This document shows, one piece after another, positions 26,728-39,168 of a DNA stretch of 64,000 nucleotides. Numbering within the stretch: position 1 is the stretch's first letter; every line of letters starts with the position of its first letter. The notes under the pieces were generated by a model, which searched no databases, was not told the DNA's origin, and saw only the letters and a list, made by a program, of their open reading frames with translations. The position numbers were made by a program, and so were the translations under genes. Source of the stretch: Alphaproteobacteria bacterium (GTDB lineage Bacteria; Pseudomonadota; Alphaproteobacteria; Micavibrionales; UBA2020); assembly GCA_030682495.1 (NCBI GenBank), contig JAUXOC010000026.1, forward strand, positions 15,129 through 79,128, given 5' to 3'.

Positions 26728-26925
26728 GATCAATAGACCTTTTCACTGTTTTGCCGACGGCACAGCGTAAATGTCTATTGATCCTAATTTTCTTGCGAAA
26801 TCAGGGGAAAATCCGTTTTTTGCTTCCCCCTTTCGCCCGAATCCGCTAATATCTAATTCCATAATTCATAAAAGGGTATTATTCAGATAAATCAAAAACT
26901 TATCTGAAATAAGCAGGAGAAAGCG

Positions 26926-27927
26926 ATGTCGCAGCCCCGCAAGAACGAGCCTGAAAAAGACGCAAAACCGGATGCAACATCCGATTTCAAGCCGAACCAC
27001 CGTGACCGCGATCATTCTTTTGACGATGACGATGGCCAGCCCAGCTTTGTCGTCTCCCGCGTCAAGCCGCCTGCCCCGCCCGCAGACCCGAACAAACCCG
27101 TCACGTACGATTTTATCCCCTACCGCAGCAAAGAGCCGCGCCCGCAGCCCGGTTTCGACCCCGATGCGATTGACGATGTTGATTACCACAGCGTCTATGG
27201 CCGCGATGACGATGATGATGATTTTAACGGCGATGAAGATTACGATGCGCGCATGGACGACCCGCTGTTCCGTATCGCCGCCCGCATTTTGCCGGAACGT
27301 CCGGAGATCATCAACACCCTCGACGTTATTTCAAACATCGACGTCGACAGCCTGATTGCCGCCGGCATTATCGAAGAAGAAATGCGCGGCCATCTGCCCG
27401 ACAAACAGGTTGACCGCCTGACCGCCGCCAGCTTGCTGGCCGGCGCCGAAAACGCTTATGACGTTCTGGGAGAAGTGTCCAAAAAAACCGGCGAGCTGAT
27501 GGTCGATTTCAACATGGTCTCGACCGCCGACAACCCGTCACCAAAAGAATTCGCGCAGTATTCGATGGATATCCAGCGCCTTGTGATTGCTTTTAATGCC
27601 GCCGATCTGGAAGAGCTGGCCAAGGGTCTGCGCAGCCAGAACATGTTTGCACCCGATGAAGAAACGCTTGCGGAAACCGCCGCGTTTCTGGTCGCCGCAT
27701 CACAAAACCGCAGCGAACAGCCGACGCAGGGCGATATTCGCCTGATGCAGCGCGCAGCGCGCGCGTTCAACGAAGTCAGCCAAATCCTGCCGCTCGAGAT
27801 CGAAATGCGCATGACAGGCGACAGCGGCCTTGCCGTCTACAACAAAAACGCACTGGATGCACACGAAGTGCGCAAACTCCAGAAAAACACGGCCAAGAAA
27901 AACGAGCCCAAGCCGCCGAAGCACTGA
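26926..27927 (+). CDS. Hypothetical acidic protein with a Lys/Pro C-terminal tail
   Basis: AGGAGA precedes the ATG. It has Asp-rich runs (DDDDDDFNGDEDYD) and no motif I recognise. It ends ...NTAKKNEPKPPKH. Confidence 0.6.
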   Translation: MSQPRKNEPEKDAKPDATSDFKPNHRDRDHSFDDDDGQPSFVVSRVKPPAPPADPNKPVTYDFIPYRSKEPRPQPGFDPDAIDDVDYHSVYGRDDDDDDFNGDEDYDARMDDPLFRIAARILPERPEIINTLDVISNIDVDSLIAAGIIEEEMRGHLPDKQVDRLTAASLLAGAENAYDVLGEVSKKTGELMVDFNMVSTADNPSPKEFAQYSMDIQRLVIAFNAADLEELAKGLRSQNMFAPDEETLAETAAFLVAASQNRSEQPTQGDIRLMQRAARAFNEVSQILPLEIEMRMTGDSGLAVYNKNALDAHEVRKLQKNTAKKNEPKPPKH

Positions 27928-27934
27928 CGCTGTT

Positions 27935-28015
27935 TAAAATCCCTGAAACACATACCCCGTCATACCGGCAGCATGCCCCGCATGCAAAGCATACTGCCGG
28001 TATGACGGGATGAAA
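27935..28015. repeat. Nested-palindrome element, copy 3 (degenerate; outer inverted repeats eroded or truncated)
   Basis: The core is GTCATACCGGCAGCATGCCCCGCATGCAAAGCATACTGCCGGTATGAC. The left flank AAAATCCCTGAAACACATACCCC aligns with copy 2. The right TIR is missing. Confidence 0.7.
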
Positions 28016-28050
28016 GAAAAAAAGCCGCTGGTTATACAGCGGCTTTTTTC
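28012..28050. terminator. Bidirectional rho-independent terminator overlapping the apbC stop
   Basis: A-run, then AGCCGCTG-GTTATA-CAGCGGCT, then TTTTTT. The apbC stop codon (28032-28034) lies in the loop. Confidence 0.7.
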
Positions 28051-29129
28051 TCGGGCAGAACGGCCCAGAGCCTTGCGGCGATATTCATGAAAACATCGGA
28101 CGCCGGATGCGCGGCATCTGCCGCCACAATCGGCACACCCGCATCGCCTTGCGCGCGGATGGCGGCAATCAGCGGGATTTCGCCCAGAAACGGCACGTTC
28201 AAACGCGCCGCCGCAGCGCGCGCGCCGCCATGGCCAAAGATATCTTCGCGGTGACCGCAGCTTTCGCAATTGTGATAGCTCATATTTTCAACGATACCAA
28301 ACACCGGCACATTCGTTTTTTCAAACATGCGCAGGCCTTTTTCGGCTTCGCTGAGTGCAACGTCCTGCGGTGTGGACACAATGACAGCCCCCGCCAGCGG
28401 CACATACTGCGCAAGGCTCAGCTGCGCATCGCCGGTACCCGGTGGCAAATCCACGACCAGCACATCCAGCGCGCCCCAATCCACATCGCGAAACAATTGC
28501 TGGATCGCACTATGCACCATCGGCCCGCGCCAGATGACGGGCGCACCGCGTTCGACAAAAAAGCCCATCGACATAACCTTGAGCGGATGGCCCGCGATAT
28601 CGCAGACCGGCGGCACAATCATATCGTCGTCATTCGTTTGCGGCCGCCCCGAAAGGCCCATCATGATCGGCTGCGAAGCGCCGTAAATATCCGCATCCAA
28701 AAGCCCCGTGCGTTTACCGAGCCGCGCAAAAGCCGCCGCCAGATTGGCCGCCACAGTCGATTTGCCCACCCCGCCCTTGCCAGAGGCCACGGCGATGATA
28801 AAGCGCACCTGCGGCGCAACGGGGCGCGAAGATATCTTATGAGAAACACCGCCGCCTGCAGGCCTCCCGCCCCCCTTGACCGCAAGCGGCGGGGGCGATT
28901 TGCGCTCTGCCGTTAAAATGGCCTGTGCCATGCGTACGCCCGGCACGGCTTCGATGGCAGCCTGTACGGCCTGCCGCATCGGCTCCAGCGCGGCGCCTTT
29001 GGCGGGGTCTACCTCGATGGCGGCATAAACCGTATCGCCGTCCACCGTGATATCGCCCAGACGGCCGAGCGCAGGGTCGATGACCTGCGCCAAGGCTTCT
29101 TGCACCTTTTCTTTTGTCACTTGCGACAT
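28032..29129 (-). CDS. apbC: Fe-S cluster carrier ATPase (Mrp/ApbC/NBP35 family)
   Basis: N-terminal DUF59-like segment. Deviant Walker A VASGKGGVGKST. CxxC-like motif (NCESCGH) near the C-terminus. Confidence 0.9.
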   Translation of the reverse strand: MSQVTKEKVQEALAQVIDPALGRLGDITVDGDTVYAAIEVDPAKGAALEPMRQAVQAAIEAVPGVRMAQAILTAERKSPPPLAVKGGGRPAGGGVSHKISSRPVAPQVRFIIAVASGKGGVGKSTVAANLAAAFARLGKRTGLLDADIYGASQPIMMGLSGRPQTNDDDMIVPPVCDIAGHPLKVMSMGFFVERGAPVIWRGPMVHSAIQQLFRDVDWGALDVLVVDLPPGTGDAQLSLAQYVPLAGAVIVSTPQDVALSEAEKGLRMFEKTNVPVFGIVENMSYHNCESCGHREDIFGHGGARAAAARLNVPFLGEIPLIAAIRAQGDAGVPIVAADAAHPASDVFMNIAARLWAVLPEKKAAV

Positions 29130-29256
29130 ATATACAGACCCTAAATGACTTGCGTTTAACCGCCTGCATCATATAGTGGAAAACATGAAATAAACAGGTA
29201 TTTCATAATCATTTTTCACGCTGTCAACACCGCTAAACAAACCAAGGAACACTGCC

Positions 29257-30426
<1,170 letters not shown>

Positions 30427-30450
30427 CCGGTACGCAAGGAGAAGAATATC

Positions 30451-31323
30451 ATGAGCAAGACCCCCGCCATTTTCCTCGTCATTGTGCTTTTGGCCCTGTT
30501 CGGCCTCAGCCAGTCGGTTTTTATCGTACCGGAACACCAGCAAAGCATCGTCATCCAGTTCGGTGATCCCGTCGATCTGCATACCGAGCCCGGCCTGAAA
30601 TTCAAAGTTCCTGTCATCCAGCAGGTTTTGTCGTTTGAAAAGCGCGCGATCAACGTCGATACCGTCCCCGAAGAGGTCATTCTTTCAGACCGCAAGCGTA
30701 TCGTTGTCGATACCTTCGCCCGTTACCGTATCACCGACATGCTGGCGTTTTACAAATCGCTGCAAACGACCGATCAGGCAAACTCGCGCATCAGCAACAT
30801 CATCAACTCCACCATGCGCTCGACCTTGGGTAATACCAGCCTGAACGATATCCTGTCCGACAAACGCAGTGCACTGATGCACAACATCCGCACACAGGTG
30901 AACGGTGCGGTTGAGCGTCTGGGCATCGAAATCGTCGATGTGCGCATCGGCCGCGCCGATCTGCCCGAGCAGACCAGTCAGGCCATTTACGACCGCATGC
31001 AGACCGAACGCCAGCGCGAAGCCGCCGAATTCCGCGCGCAAGGTCAGGAAATCGCGCAGGAAGTCAGATCGAAGGCCGACCGCGAGCGCACCGTCATTCT
31101 GGCCGAGGCCGAGCGCGATGCGCAAATTATGCGCGGCCAAGGCGATGAACAGGCGATTATGATTTACGCCAATGCCTTCAAACGCGATCCGGAATTCTAT
31201 GCCTTTTACCGCACGATGGAAGCTTATCGCAAAAGCCTGCCCGGTGAGAACACGACGCTGATCCTGAAACCCGAAGGCGATTTCTTCCGCTTCTTTGGCA
31301 GCGAACAAGGCAAGAAACGCTAA
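30451..31323 (+). CDS. hflC: FtsH protease modulator HflC
   Basis: N-terminal TM followed by an SPFH domain (FIVPEHQQSIVIQFGDPV...RMQTERQREAAEFRAQG). Confidence 0.92.
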   Translation: MSKTPAIFLVIVLLALFGLSQSVFIVPEHQQSIVIQFGDPVDLHTEPGLKFKVPVIQQVLSFEKRAINVDTVPEEVILSDRKRIVVDTFARYRITDMLAFYKSLQTTDQANSRISNIINSTMRSTLGNTSLNDILSDKRSALMHNIRTQVNGAVERLGIEIVDVRIGRADLPEQTSQAIYDRMQTERQREAAEFRAQGQEIAQEVRSKADRERTVILAEAERDAQIMRGQGDEQAIMIYANAFKRDPEFYAFYRTMEAYRKSLPGENTTLILKPEGDFFRFFGSEQGKKR

Positions 31324-31350
31324 ACAAATCCCGTAAGGGGAGCCGCCGTT

Positions 31351-31539
31351 ATGATCGAGCTGCTGACCGCCCTTGGCCTGATGTGCGTGATCGAGGGGGC
31401 GATGTACGCCGCTTTCCCGCGCGGCATGCGCGAGATGGTCATGAAAATCGCCGAATTGAGCGATGCGCAGATACGGAACCTCGGCCTGTTTATCGCCGTT
31501 TTGGGTTTTCTGATCGTGGCCGTACTGCGCGGGCTCTGA
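31351..31539 (+). CDS. Small membrane protein, DUF2065-like
   Basis: 62 aa with two hydrophobic helices (LGLMCVIEGAMYAAFP...LGLFIAVLGFLIVAVL). It sits in the conserved position after hflC. Confidence 0.7.
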   Translation: MIELLTALGLMCVIEGAMYAAFPRGMREMVMKIAELSDAQIRNLGLFIAVLGFLIVAVLRGL

Positions 31540-31680
31540 TTTCTTTGCCTTGCCAGATATTTAGCGCGTGAATATTGACCTTCGCCCCGCATCGGCATAC
31601 CTATTATAATCAGGTTCGAGAATATCCGGACGCGGGGCCTGCGCCCTGCCCGTCCCTTTCTTTCACAAGGAGTCTGCCGT

Positions 31681-33174
31681 ATGTCTGCTCGCCGCCCGTT
31701 CTTTTCCGTCTTCGCCGCCCCCCTGCTGGCTGCCGCGATGATCGCCGCGCCGCTGACGCTGGCCGCCCCTCCCGCACAGGCACAAGCAAGCGTGCCTGCA
31801 AGCTTCGAGACGCTGGCCGAAAGGCTGCTGCCGGCCGTGGTCAATATCTCGACCACGTCCAAGGTGACGCAGGCCGCGCCGCAGCTGCCGCAGTTTCCGC
31901 CCGGCTCGCCGTTTGAACATTTCTTCAAAGATTTCTATGAACAGTACCGCGGCCAGTTGCCGCAGCGTCAGGACAAAGTTTCCGCGCTCGGCTCCGGCTT
32001 TGTGATTGACGCCCAGAACGGCTACGTCGTCACCAATAACCACGTCATCAAAGACGCCGACGAAATCCGCATCATTTTGCAAGACGATACATCGCTGGAT
32101 GCAACACTGGTCGGCGTGGATGAGAAAACCGATCTGGCCGTGCTGCGCGTCAGCGTCGAAGGCCGTCAGCTGACCGCCGTGAACTGGGGCGACAGTGACA
32201 ATGCCAAAGTCGGGTCCTGGGTGCTGGCCATCGGCAACCCCTTTGGCCTCGGCGGTTCGGTCACAGCCGGTATCGTTTCGGCGCGCCAGCGCGATATCAA
32301 CGCAGGCCCCTATGACGATTTCATCCAGACCGATGCGTCGATCAACCGCGGTAATTCCGGCGGCCCGATGTTCAATATGCAGGGCGAAGTTGTCGGCGTA
32401 AATACGGCGATTTTCTCCCCCACCGGCGGCTCGGTCGGGATCGGCTTTGCGGTGCCGTCGAACCTTGCCAAAAACGTCGTCGCACAGCTGGTGAAATACG
32501 GCCAGACGCGCCGCGGCTGGCTGGGTGTGCGCATTCAGGACGTGACGCCGGAAATTGCCGAAGGTTTCGGCCTGAAAGGCAAAGCCCGCGGCGCGCTGGT
32601 CTCCAGCCTGACGCCGGACAGCCCCGCGCAAAAAGCCGGCATTCAGGAGGGCGATATCATCCTCAGCTTTGACGGGCAGAACATCGACGCCATGCGCCGT
32701 CTGCCGCGTATTGTTGCGGAAACCGAAGTGGGCAAAAAAGTACCCGTCACGATCTGGCGCAAAGGCAGTGAAACAAACGTGACCGTTGAACTGGGTCAGA
32801 TGGAGCAGCCCGCCCAAACCGCTGCCGCAGGCGAAGCACCCCCGCAGCCTACGCCCGCCGCCACACCCGCCGCCAAAGAAGTCACCGATCTGGGCATGAC
32901 CATTGCCCCGCTCGATGAAACCCTGCGCCAACAGCACGGCCTGCCCGAAGGCATGAAAGGTGTTGTTGTGACGGCCGTCGTCAATAACGGCGCTGCCGCC
33001 GAGCGCGGCATTGCTGCCGGTGACCTGATTGTCGAAATCGACCAGCAGGAAAGCGGCACGCCCGACAACGTGGCGCAAAGAGTGGCCGAAGCGAAAAAAG
33101 CCGGACGCAGCTCTGTCCTGCTCTTTGTCGCCCGCAAGGAAGACCGCCGTTTCGTCGCGCTTAAACTGAAATAG
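31681..33174 (+). CDS. degP: Periplasmic serine endoprotease DegP/HtrA family (two PDZ domains)
   Basis: Signal peptide. Catalytic contexts VTNNHVI, DLAVLRV and GNSGGPMFN. Two PDZ-like segments. Confidence 0.92.
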   Translation: MSARRPFFSVFAAPLLAAAMIAAPLTLAAPPAQAQASVPASFETLAERLLPAVVNISTTSKVTQAAPQLPQFPPGSPFEHFFKDFYEQYRGQLPQRQDKVSALGSGFVIDAQNGYVVTNNHVIKDADEIRIILQDDTSLDATLVGVDEKTDLAVLRVSVEGRQLTAVNWGDSDNAKVGSWVLAIGNPFGLGGSVTAGIVSARQRDINAGPYDDFIQTDASINRGNSGGPMFNMQGEVVGVNTAIFSPTGGSVGIGFAVPSNLAKNVVAQLVKYGQTRRGWLGVRIQDVTPEIAEGFGLKGKARGALVSSLTPDSPAQKAGIQEGDIILSFDGQNIDAMRRLPRIVAETEVGKKVPVTIWRKGSETNVTVELGQMEQPAQTAAAGEAPPQPTPAATPAAKEVTDLGMTIAPLDETLRQQHGLPEGMKGVVVTAVVNNGAAAERGIAAGDLIVEIDQQESGTPDNVAQRVAEAKKAGRSSVLLFVARKEDRRFVALKLK

Positions 33175-33190
33175 GCGGGACGCGCTTTTT

Positions 33191-34117
33191 ATGCCTGCCG
33201 TGCAGAACGTCGCCACGCAGAACGTTATTGTCATCGGCGGGCCGACGGCCAGCGGCAAATCCGGCCTTGCGCTGGATGTGGCGCGGACGCGCGGCGGCGT
33301 CATCATCAATGCCGATTCCATGCAGGTTTATGCGGGGCTGCCTATTCTGACGGCACAGCCGCCCGCCGAAGATCTTGCCGCCGCACCGCACCGGCTTTAC
33401 GGCACACTGCCCCCTGCCGATGTTTGCAGCGCCGCGCGCTGGCGCGATATGGCGATGGATGAAATCGATGCCGCACGGGCGCAAAACAGCCTGCCTGTGA
33501 TTGTCGGCGGCACGGGGTTTTACATCCGCGCCCTGACCGAAGGCCTCAGCCCCATGCCCGCCGTCCCCGAAGAGATCCGCCACAGGCTCGGCACTGAAAT
33601 TGCGGCGGCGGGCAATAGCGCCTTTCACGCCCGCCTTGCCGCCTGCGACCCCGTCATGGCGGCAAAGCTGCACCCCGGCAATACACAGCGGCTGGTGCGC
33701 GCGATGGAGATACTGGAGCATACCGGCAAAAGCCTTGCCTATTGGCAATCGCTGCCGCCCGTACCGCCGCCTGCGCATCTGCGCTTTATCAAAATTGCGC
33801 TGCTGCCGCCGCGCGACTGGCTCTATGCCCGCTGCGATGAAAGATTTTCACACATGCTGGCGCACGGCGGGATTGAAGAGGCGCGCGCCTTTCCGTCGCC
33901 CAAGGGCGATCACAGCTGGCCGCTGCACAAGGCGCTCGGCTATCCGGAATTGCGGGCGTTTATCGACGGACGCGCCAGCCAAAGCGAAGCCGTGGCCGAA
34001 GCGCAGCAATCAACGCGCCATTACGCCAAGCGGCAGATCACCTGGTTCAGACATCAAATGAAGGCCGATATTGTGCTGGATGCGCCCGATGCGGCACAGC
34101 TGGACGGCGCGTTTTGA
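33191..34117 (+). CDS. miaA: tRNA dimethylallyltransferase
   Basis: P-loop GGPTASGKSGLALDVA, then INADSMQVYAGLPILTAQP. Confidence 0.92.
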   Translation: MPAVQNVATQNVIVIGGPTASGKSGLALDVARTRGGVIINADSMQVYAGLPILTAQPPAEDLAAAPHRLYGTLPPADVCSAARWRDMAMDEIDAARAQNSLPVIVGGTGFYIRALTEGLSPMPAVPEEIRHRLGTEIAAAGNSAFHARLAACDPVMAAKLHPGNTQRLVRAMEILEHTGKSLAYWQSLPPVPPPAHLRFIKIALLPPRDWLYARCDERFSHMLAHGGIEEARAFPSPKGDHSWPLHKALGYPELRAFIDGRASQSEAVAEAQQSTRHYAKRQITWFRHQMKADIVLDAPDAAQLDGAF

Positions 34118-34131
34118 ACCAAAGAGCCGGA

Positions 34132-34731
34132 TCAGAAAATTTTATCGAGCGTGCTTTTCTTTTTCTCGATCACCGGCACAGTGCCTTCGGTGACCGGCTT
34201 GCCTTCATCGCGGTTTTTCTGGATGCGTTCGGCCTCGGCCGTGGCATCGACAACAGATGTCGGGGCGCGGTCGGGCTTGTCTTCGTTCTCGCTCCAGAAA
34301 ATCAGGCGGTCGGTGACCGTGCGGTTCTGCAGGGCGATATAGCCGTTGTCGCGGTTGATGGCGGCGCGGATATCCGGATCAGCCTGCTGCGCACCGGTAC
34401 GGGCAAGGAAGGCCTGCTCCGCCGAGCCGCCCGAGGCCGCTGCCGCTGCAGAGGCATCACCCATCAGCACACTGCGTGCCTGCTGGGTGGCTTCCGATGC
34501 AGGCGGAATATAATCGGCAGAGGGCGGGCGCAGGGAATATTCGGGCGGCAAGGTCAGCGGCGCGCGTTTGACCACGGCGAATTCATCGGGCGAATGGCGG
34601 CCGACGCCGACCTGTTTTTTGATGCCCTCGCAGCCGGCCAGCAGCAGCGGTGCGGACAGAAGCGCTGTCAGCAGCAAAAAACGGGAAGCAAGACGGATCG
34701 CAGTTTTACGCATCATAAGCACCTTTGGCAT
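34132..34731 (-). CDS. Lipoprotein, DUF3035-like
   Basis: Lipobox LLLAGC. SPDEFAVVKRAPLTLPPEYSLRPP matches the motif I associate with DUF3035. Confidence 0.55.
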   Translation of the reverse strand: MPKVLMMRKTAIRLASRFLLLTALLSAPLLLAGCEGIKKQVGVGRHSPDEFAVVKRAPLTLPPEYSLRPPSADYIPPASEATQQARSVLMGDASAAAAASGGSAEQAFLARTGAQQADPDIRAAINRDNGYIALQNRTVTDRLIFWSENEDKPDRAPTSVVDATAEAERIQKNRDEGKPVTEGTVPVIEKKKSTLDKIF

Positions 34732-34760
34732 CCTTGGATGAGAGCCTGCCGCGCCTGTCG

Positions 34761-35393
34761 TCAGTCGCGGAAAAGGCCTTTGTCTTTCGACAGTATGGTA
34801 TCAATTACCAGAAAAATGGCCCCGATGGCAATACAGCTGTCAGCCAGATTAAAGGCCGGCCAGTGATAGCCGGAAACATGCATATCGACAAAATCGGCCA
34901 CGGCGCCAAAACGGACACGGTCAATCACGTTGCCGATCGCGCCGCCGACGATCAGGGCAATCGACAGCGCCAGCATGCGGCTGCGCGCCAGCGCCAGCCA
35001 GACGATCAGCGTGAGGGAGATCACCAGCGACAGGGCGATAAAGACCAGCGCCAGGCCTTTGTTGCCGTCAAGACTGGCATTGTCGCTAAACATGCCGAAA
35101 CTGATGCCGGTATTCCAGACCATGACCAGATTAAGAAAGCCGTTGATTTCACGGGTTTCATAGGTTTCGCGCTTGTCAAAGAAAAATTCAAGCGGCTGAC
35201 GCGTCACAAACCAGTCCTGAAACGACGGGTTATCCCCGCCGGTACGCAACATCGTTTCCAGCACCATCCATTTTGTGTACTGGTCGAGAAAAACGATGCT
35301 GCAAATAACGAACATCCCGAACAGAAAAAACTGTCCGGGGCGGAATTTTTTGATCTGCTGCGGCTGATTCATATCGCGTTTGTTTAACTCCAC
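34761..35393 (-). CDS. lspA: Lipoprotein signal peptidase II
   Basis: FLDQYTKWMV, FNLVMVWNTGISFG, GGAIGNVIDR and VADFVD motifs. The true start may be the internal MNQPQQ (35372). Confidence 0.88.
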   Translation of the reverse strand: MELNKRDMNQPQQIKKFRPGQFFLFGMFVICSIVFLDQYTKWMVLETMLRTGGDNPSFQDWFVTRQPLEFFFDKRETYETREINGFLNLVMVWNTGISFGMFSDNASLDGNKGLALVFIALSLVISLTLIVWLALARSRMLALSIALIVGGAIGNVIDRVRFGAVADFVDMHVSGYHWPAFNLADSCIAIGAIFLVIDTILSKDKGLFRD

Positions 35394-35423
35394 GCTATTT
35401 TGACGAGGGAAACAGGTCCCTTT

Positions 35424-36365
35424 TCAAGATTTGAACACAGCGCGCGCGGCAAGGCAATCCTGTTTCATCTGCGCGATCAAGCCCTCCAGCCCGTCGAATA
35501 TCTTTTCGGGGCGTAGGTATTTTACCGGCTCGACCCGTAAAATTTTTCCATATATTGACTGGTGAAAATCGAAAATATGCGTCTCGAAAATCGGCTGACG
35601 GATGCGGAACATCGGGCGGATGCCGAAATTGGCCACGGCCTCGCGTGTTTTGTCTTCACCTTCGATACGCGCCCGCACGGCATAAATGCCAAAAGGAATA
35701 CGCACATAGCGGTCAACCTGCTGGTTGGCGGTGGGATAGCCCAGCTCGCGCCCGCGCTTGTCCCCATGCACGATTTCCGCCTCGATCTCCCACGGCCTGC
35801 CCAGCAGCTGCGCTGCGCCCGACAGATCGCCGCGCCGCAAAAGATCGCGGATACGTGTCGACGAATAAGCCGCGCCATCGCCGCAGGTCACGGGGTCGAT
35901 CACCGTGACGTCGAACATCTCGCGCAGGCTGTCCACGGTGCCGCTGCGGTTTTTGCCAAAGGCGAAATCAGCCCCCACCACAACGTGCCGTGCATGCAGG
36001 CGGTCGCGCAGAAACTCCATAAAATCAGCCGCAGAAAGCCCCGCGAAACCGGCATCGAAAGCGGGCGCAAAAATATGCGACGCCCCCAGCGCCGAGAGCC
36101 TTCGCGCCTTCTCCGGCAGCAGAGTCAGGCGGAACGGGTCGCCATCGGGCATAAAAAATTCACGCGGATGCGGCTCGAAGGTCAAAACAGCCGCCGTCAG
36201 CTTTTTGGCAGCCGCAACATCCTGCGCACGCTTGACCAGTGCCGCATGCCCCGGATGCACACCATCGAAATTACCGATGGCAAGAACGGTGCCCTGCGGC
36301 AGGGCAGGCAAAGCGGTCATGTCTTCATAAAGATTGCGCATGCGCAGCAGTCTAGCCGAGGACAA
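35424..36365 (-). CDS. ribF: Bifunctional riboflavin kinase / FMN adenylyltransferase
   Basis: LAIGNFDGVHPGHAAL, then the C-terminal kinase segment GDKRGRELGYPTAN...GIYAV. The start is uncertain (an internal Met is possible). Confidence 0.92.
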   Translation of the reverse strand: MSSARLLRMRNLYEDMTALPALPQGTVLAIGNFDGVHPGHAALVKRAQDVAAAKKLTAAVLTFEPHPREFFMPDGDPFRLTLLPEKARRLSALGASHIFAPAFDAGFAGLSAADFMEFLRDRLHARHVVVGADFAFGKNRSGTVDSLREMFDVTVIDPVTCGDGAAYSSTRIRDLLRRGDLSGAAQLLGRPWEIEAEIVHGDKRGRELGYPTANQQVDRYVRIPFGIYAVRARIEGEDKTREAVANFGIRPMFRIRQPIFETHIFDFHQSIYGKILRVEPVKYLRPEKIFDGLEGLIAQMKQDCLAARAVFKS

Positions 36366-36401
36366 GCCGCGGCGGAAGCGGGAACAAAGCCGCGCAACGC
36401 C

Positions 36402-36665
36402 CTAGTTGACCAGAAACTCGTGGCGGCACATGCGGATGTCCTCGGGGGTAATCAGCTTTTTGCTGGCCACACGGACGGAATGCAGCCGCCCCTCGATCTC
36501 GCGCGTCCAGAAATCGAGGAAGCGGTAAAGCTCCGGAAATTCCGGTGCGCGGTCGTATTCCTGCCAAAGATAGGTTTGCAGCAGGCTGGGATGATCGGGC
36601 AGATGGTACAGTATTTCCGCCGTTGTCAGGCGGTAGTCTTTCAGTTGCAAAATCAAGTTTGCCAT
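36402..36665 (-). CDS. Usg-like family protein
   Basis: 87 aa: LTTAEILYHLPDHPSLLQTYLWQEYDRAPEFPELYRFLDFWTREIEGRLHSV. This matches my memory of the alphaproteobacterial Usg family. Confidence 0.65.
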   Translation of the reverse strand: MANLILQLKDYRLTTAEILYHLPDHPSLLQTYLWQEYDRAPEFPELYRFLDFWTREIEGRLHSVRVASKKLITPEDIRMCRHEFLVN

Positions 36666-36780
36666 ATTCCTAATCTCCTATTACGAAATCTGGCGCGCGT
36701 TCGTTATAGAAGTACCTATTCACACTTCTATTTAAGCATATATTACCAAACCATTGTTAAAAAACTTTAAAATCAACCAC

Positions 36781-36807
36781 TTGGCACTTACGCCAGTCGA
36801 GTGCCAG
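36781..36807 (+). promoter_or_regulatory. CIRCE-like inverted repeat (distal)
   Basis: TTGGCACTT-N9-GAGTGCCAG, compared with the CIRCE consensus TTAGCACTC-N9-GAGTGCTAA. Confidence 0.6.
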
Positions 36808-36897
36808 AACAGGATCAAAACTATTGGTTTTATTAACTTTTTTAAACCAAAGCAGCCCCGTTTACCGTTGAAAACAGCGCGCGCCGATGCTATGTAT

Positions 36898-36924
36898 TTG
36901 GCACTTGTCCGAGGAGAGTGCCAA
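36898..36924 (+). promoter_or_regulatory. CIRCE-like inverted repeat (proximal, in the groES leader)
   Basis: TTGGCACTT-N9-GAGTGCCAA, with perfect 8-bp arms, 60 nt upstream of the groES ATG. Confidence 0.75.
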
Positions 36925-36983
36925 TGGTTGGGCTTTTCCGAAACCGGACTTGCTACCTTGTTCAAACTGAAGAGGATACGAAC

Positions 36984-37295
36984 ATGAAACTCCGTCCCCT
37001 GCACGACCGCGTTCTGCTGCGCCGCCTTGAAAGCGACGCCAAAACCGCTGGCGGCATCATCATCCCCGACACCGCGAAAGAAAAACCGGCACAAGGCGAA
37101 GTTCTCGCCGTTGGCAGCGGTACCCGCGACGAAGGCGGCAAACTGGTTCCGCTCGATGTGAAATCCGGCGACCTCGTGCTGTTCAGCAAATGGTCGGGCA
37201 CCGAAGTCACCATCGATGGCGAAGAGCTGCTTGTTGTCAAAGAAAGCGACATCATGGGCATCATCGAAGGCAAAAAAGCGAAGAAAGCGGCGTAA
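36984..37295 (+). CDS. groES: Co-chaperonin GroES
   Basis: [46 protein letters not shown]. The start was moved to ATG 36984; the longest ORF starts at 36918. Confidence 0.97.
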   Translation: MKLRPLHDRVLLRRLESDAKTAGGIIIPDTAKEKPAQGEVLAVGSGTRDEGGKLVPLDVKSGDLVLFSKWSGTEVTIDGEELLVVKESDIMGIIEGKKAKKAA

Positions 37296-38996
<1,701 letters not shown>

Positions 38997-39020
38997 GGCG
39001 AAAGCTTTCATCCGCTATAA

Positions 39021-39052
39021 AGGGGCCGGATCGCAAGATCCGGCCTTTTTAT
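39021..39052 (+). terminator. Rho-independent terminator of groESL
   Basis: GGCCGGATC-GCAA-GATCCGGCC followed by TTTTT. Confidence 0.85.
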
Positions 39053-39168
39053 TTCATTGTTTTCAAAAGATTAACGGCTCTAACTTGACATATATAGACG
39101 GCCATTCTAGTCTGGCCGGCATAAGCGGCCTGTATCGTCGGCGCCGCCCGTATCCGGAGTTTTCAGTT

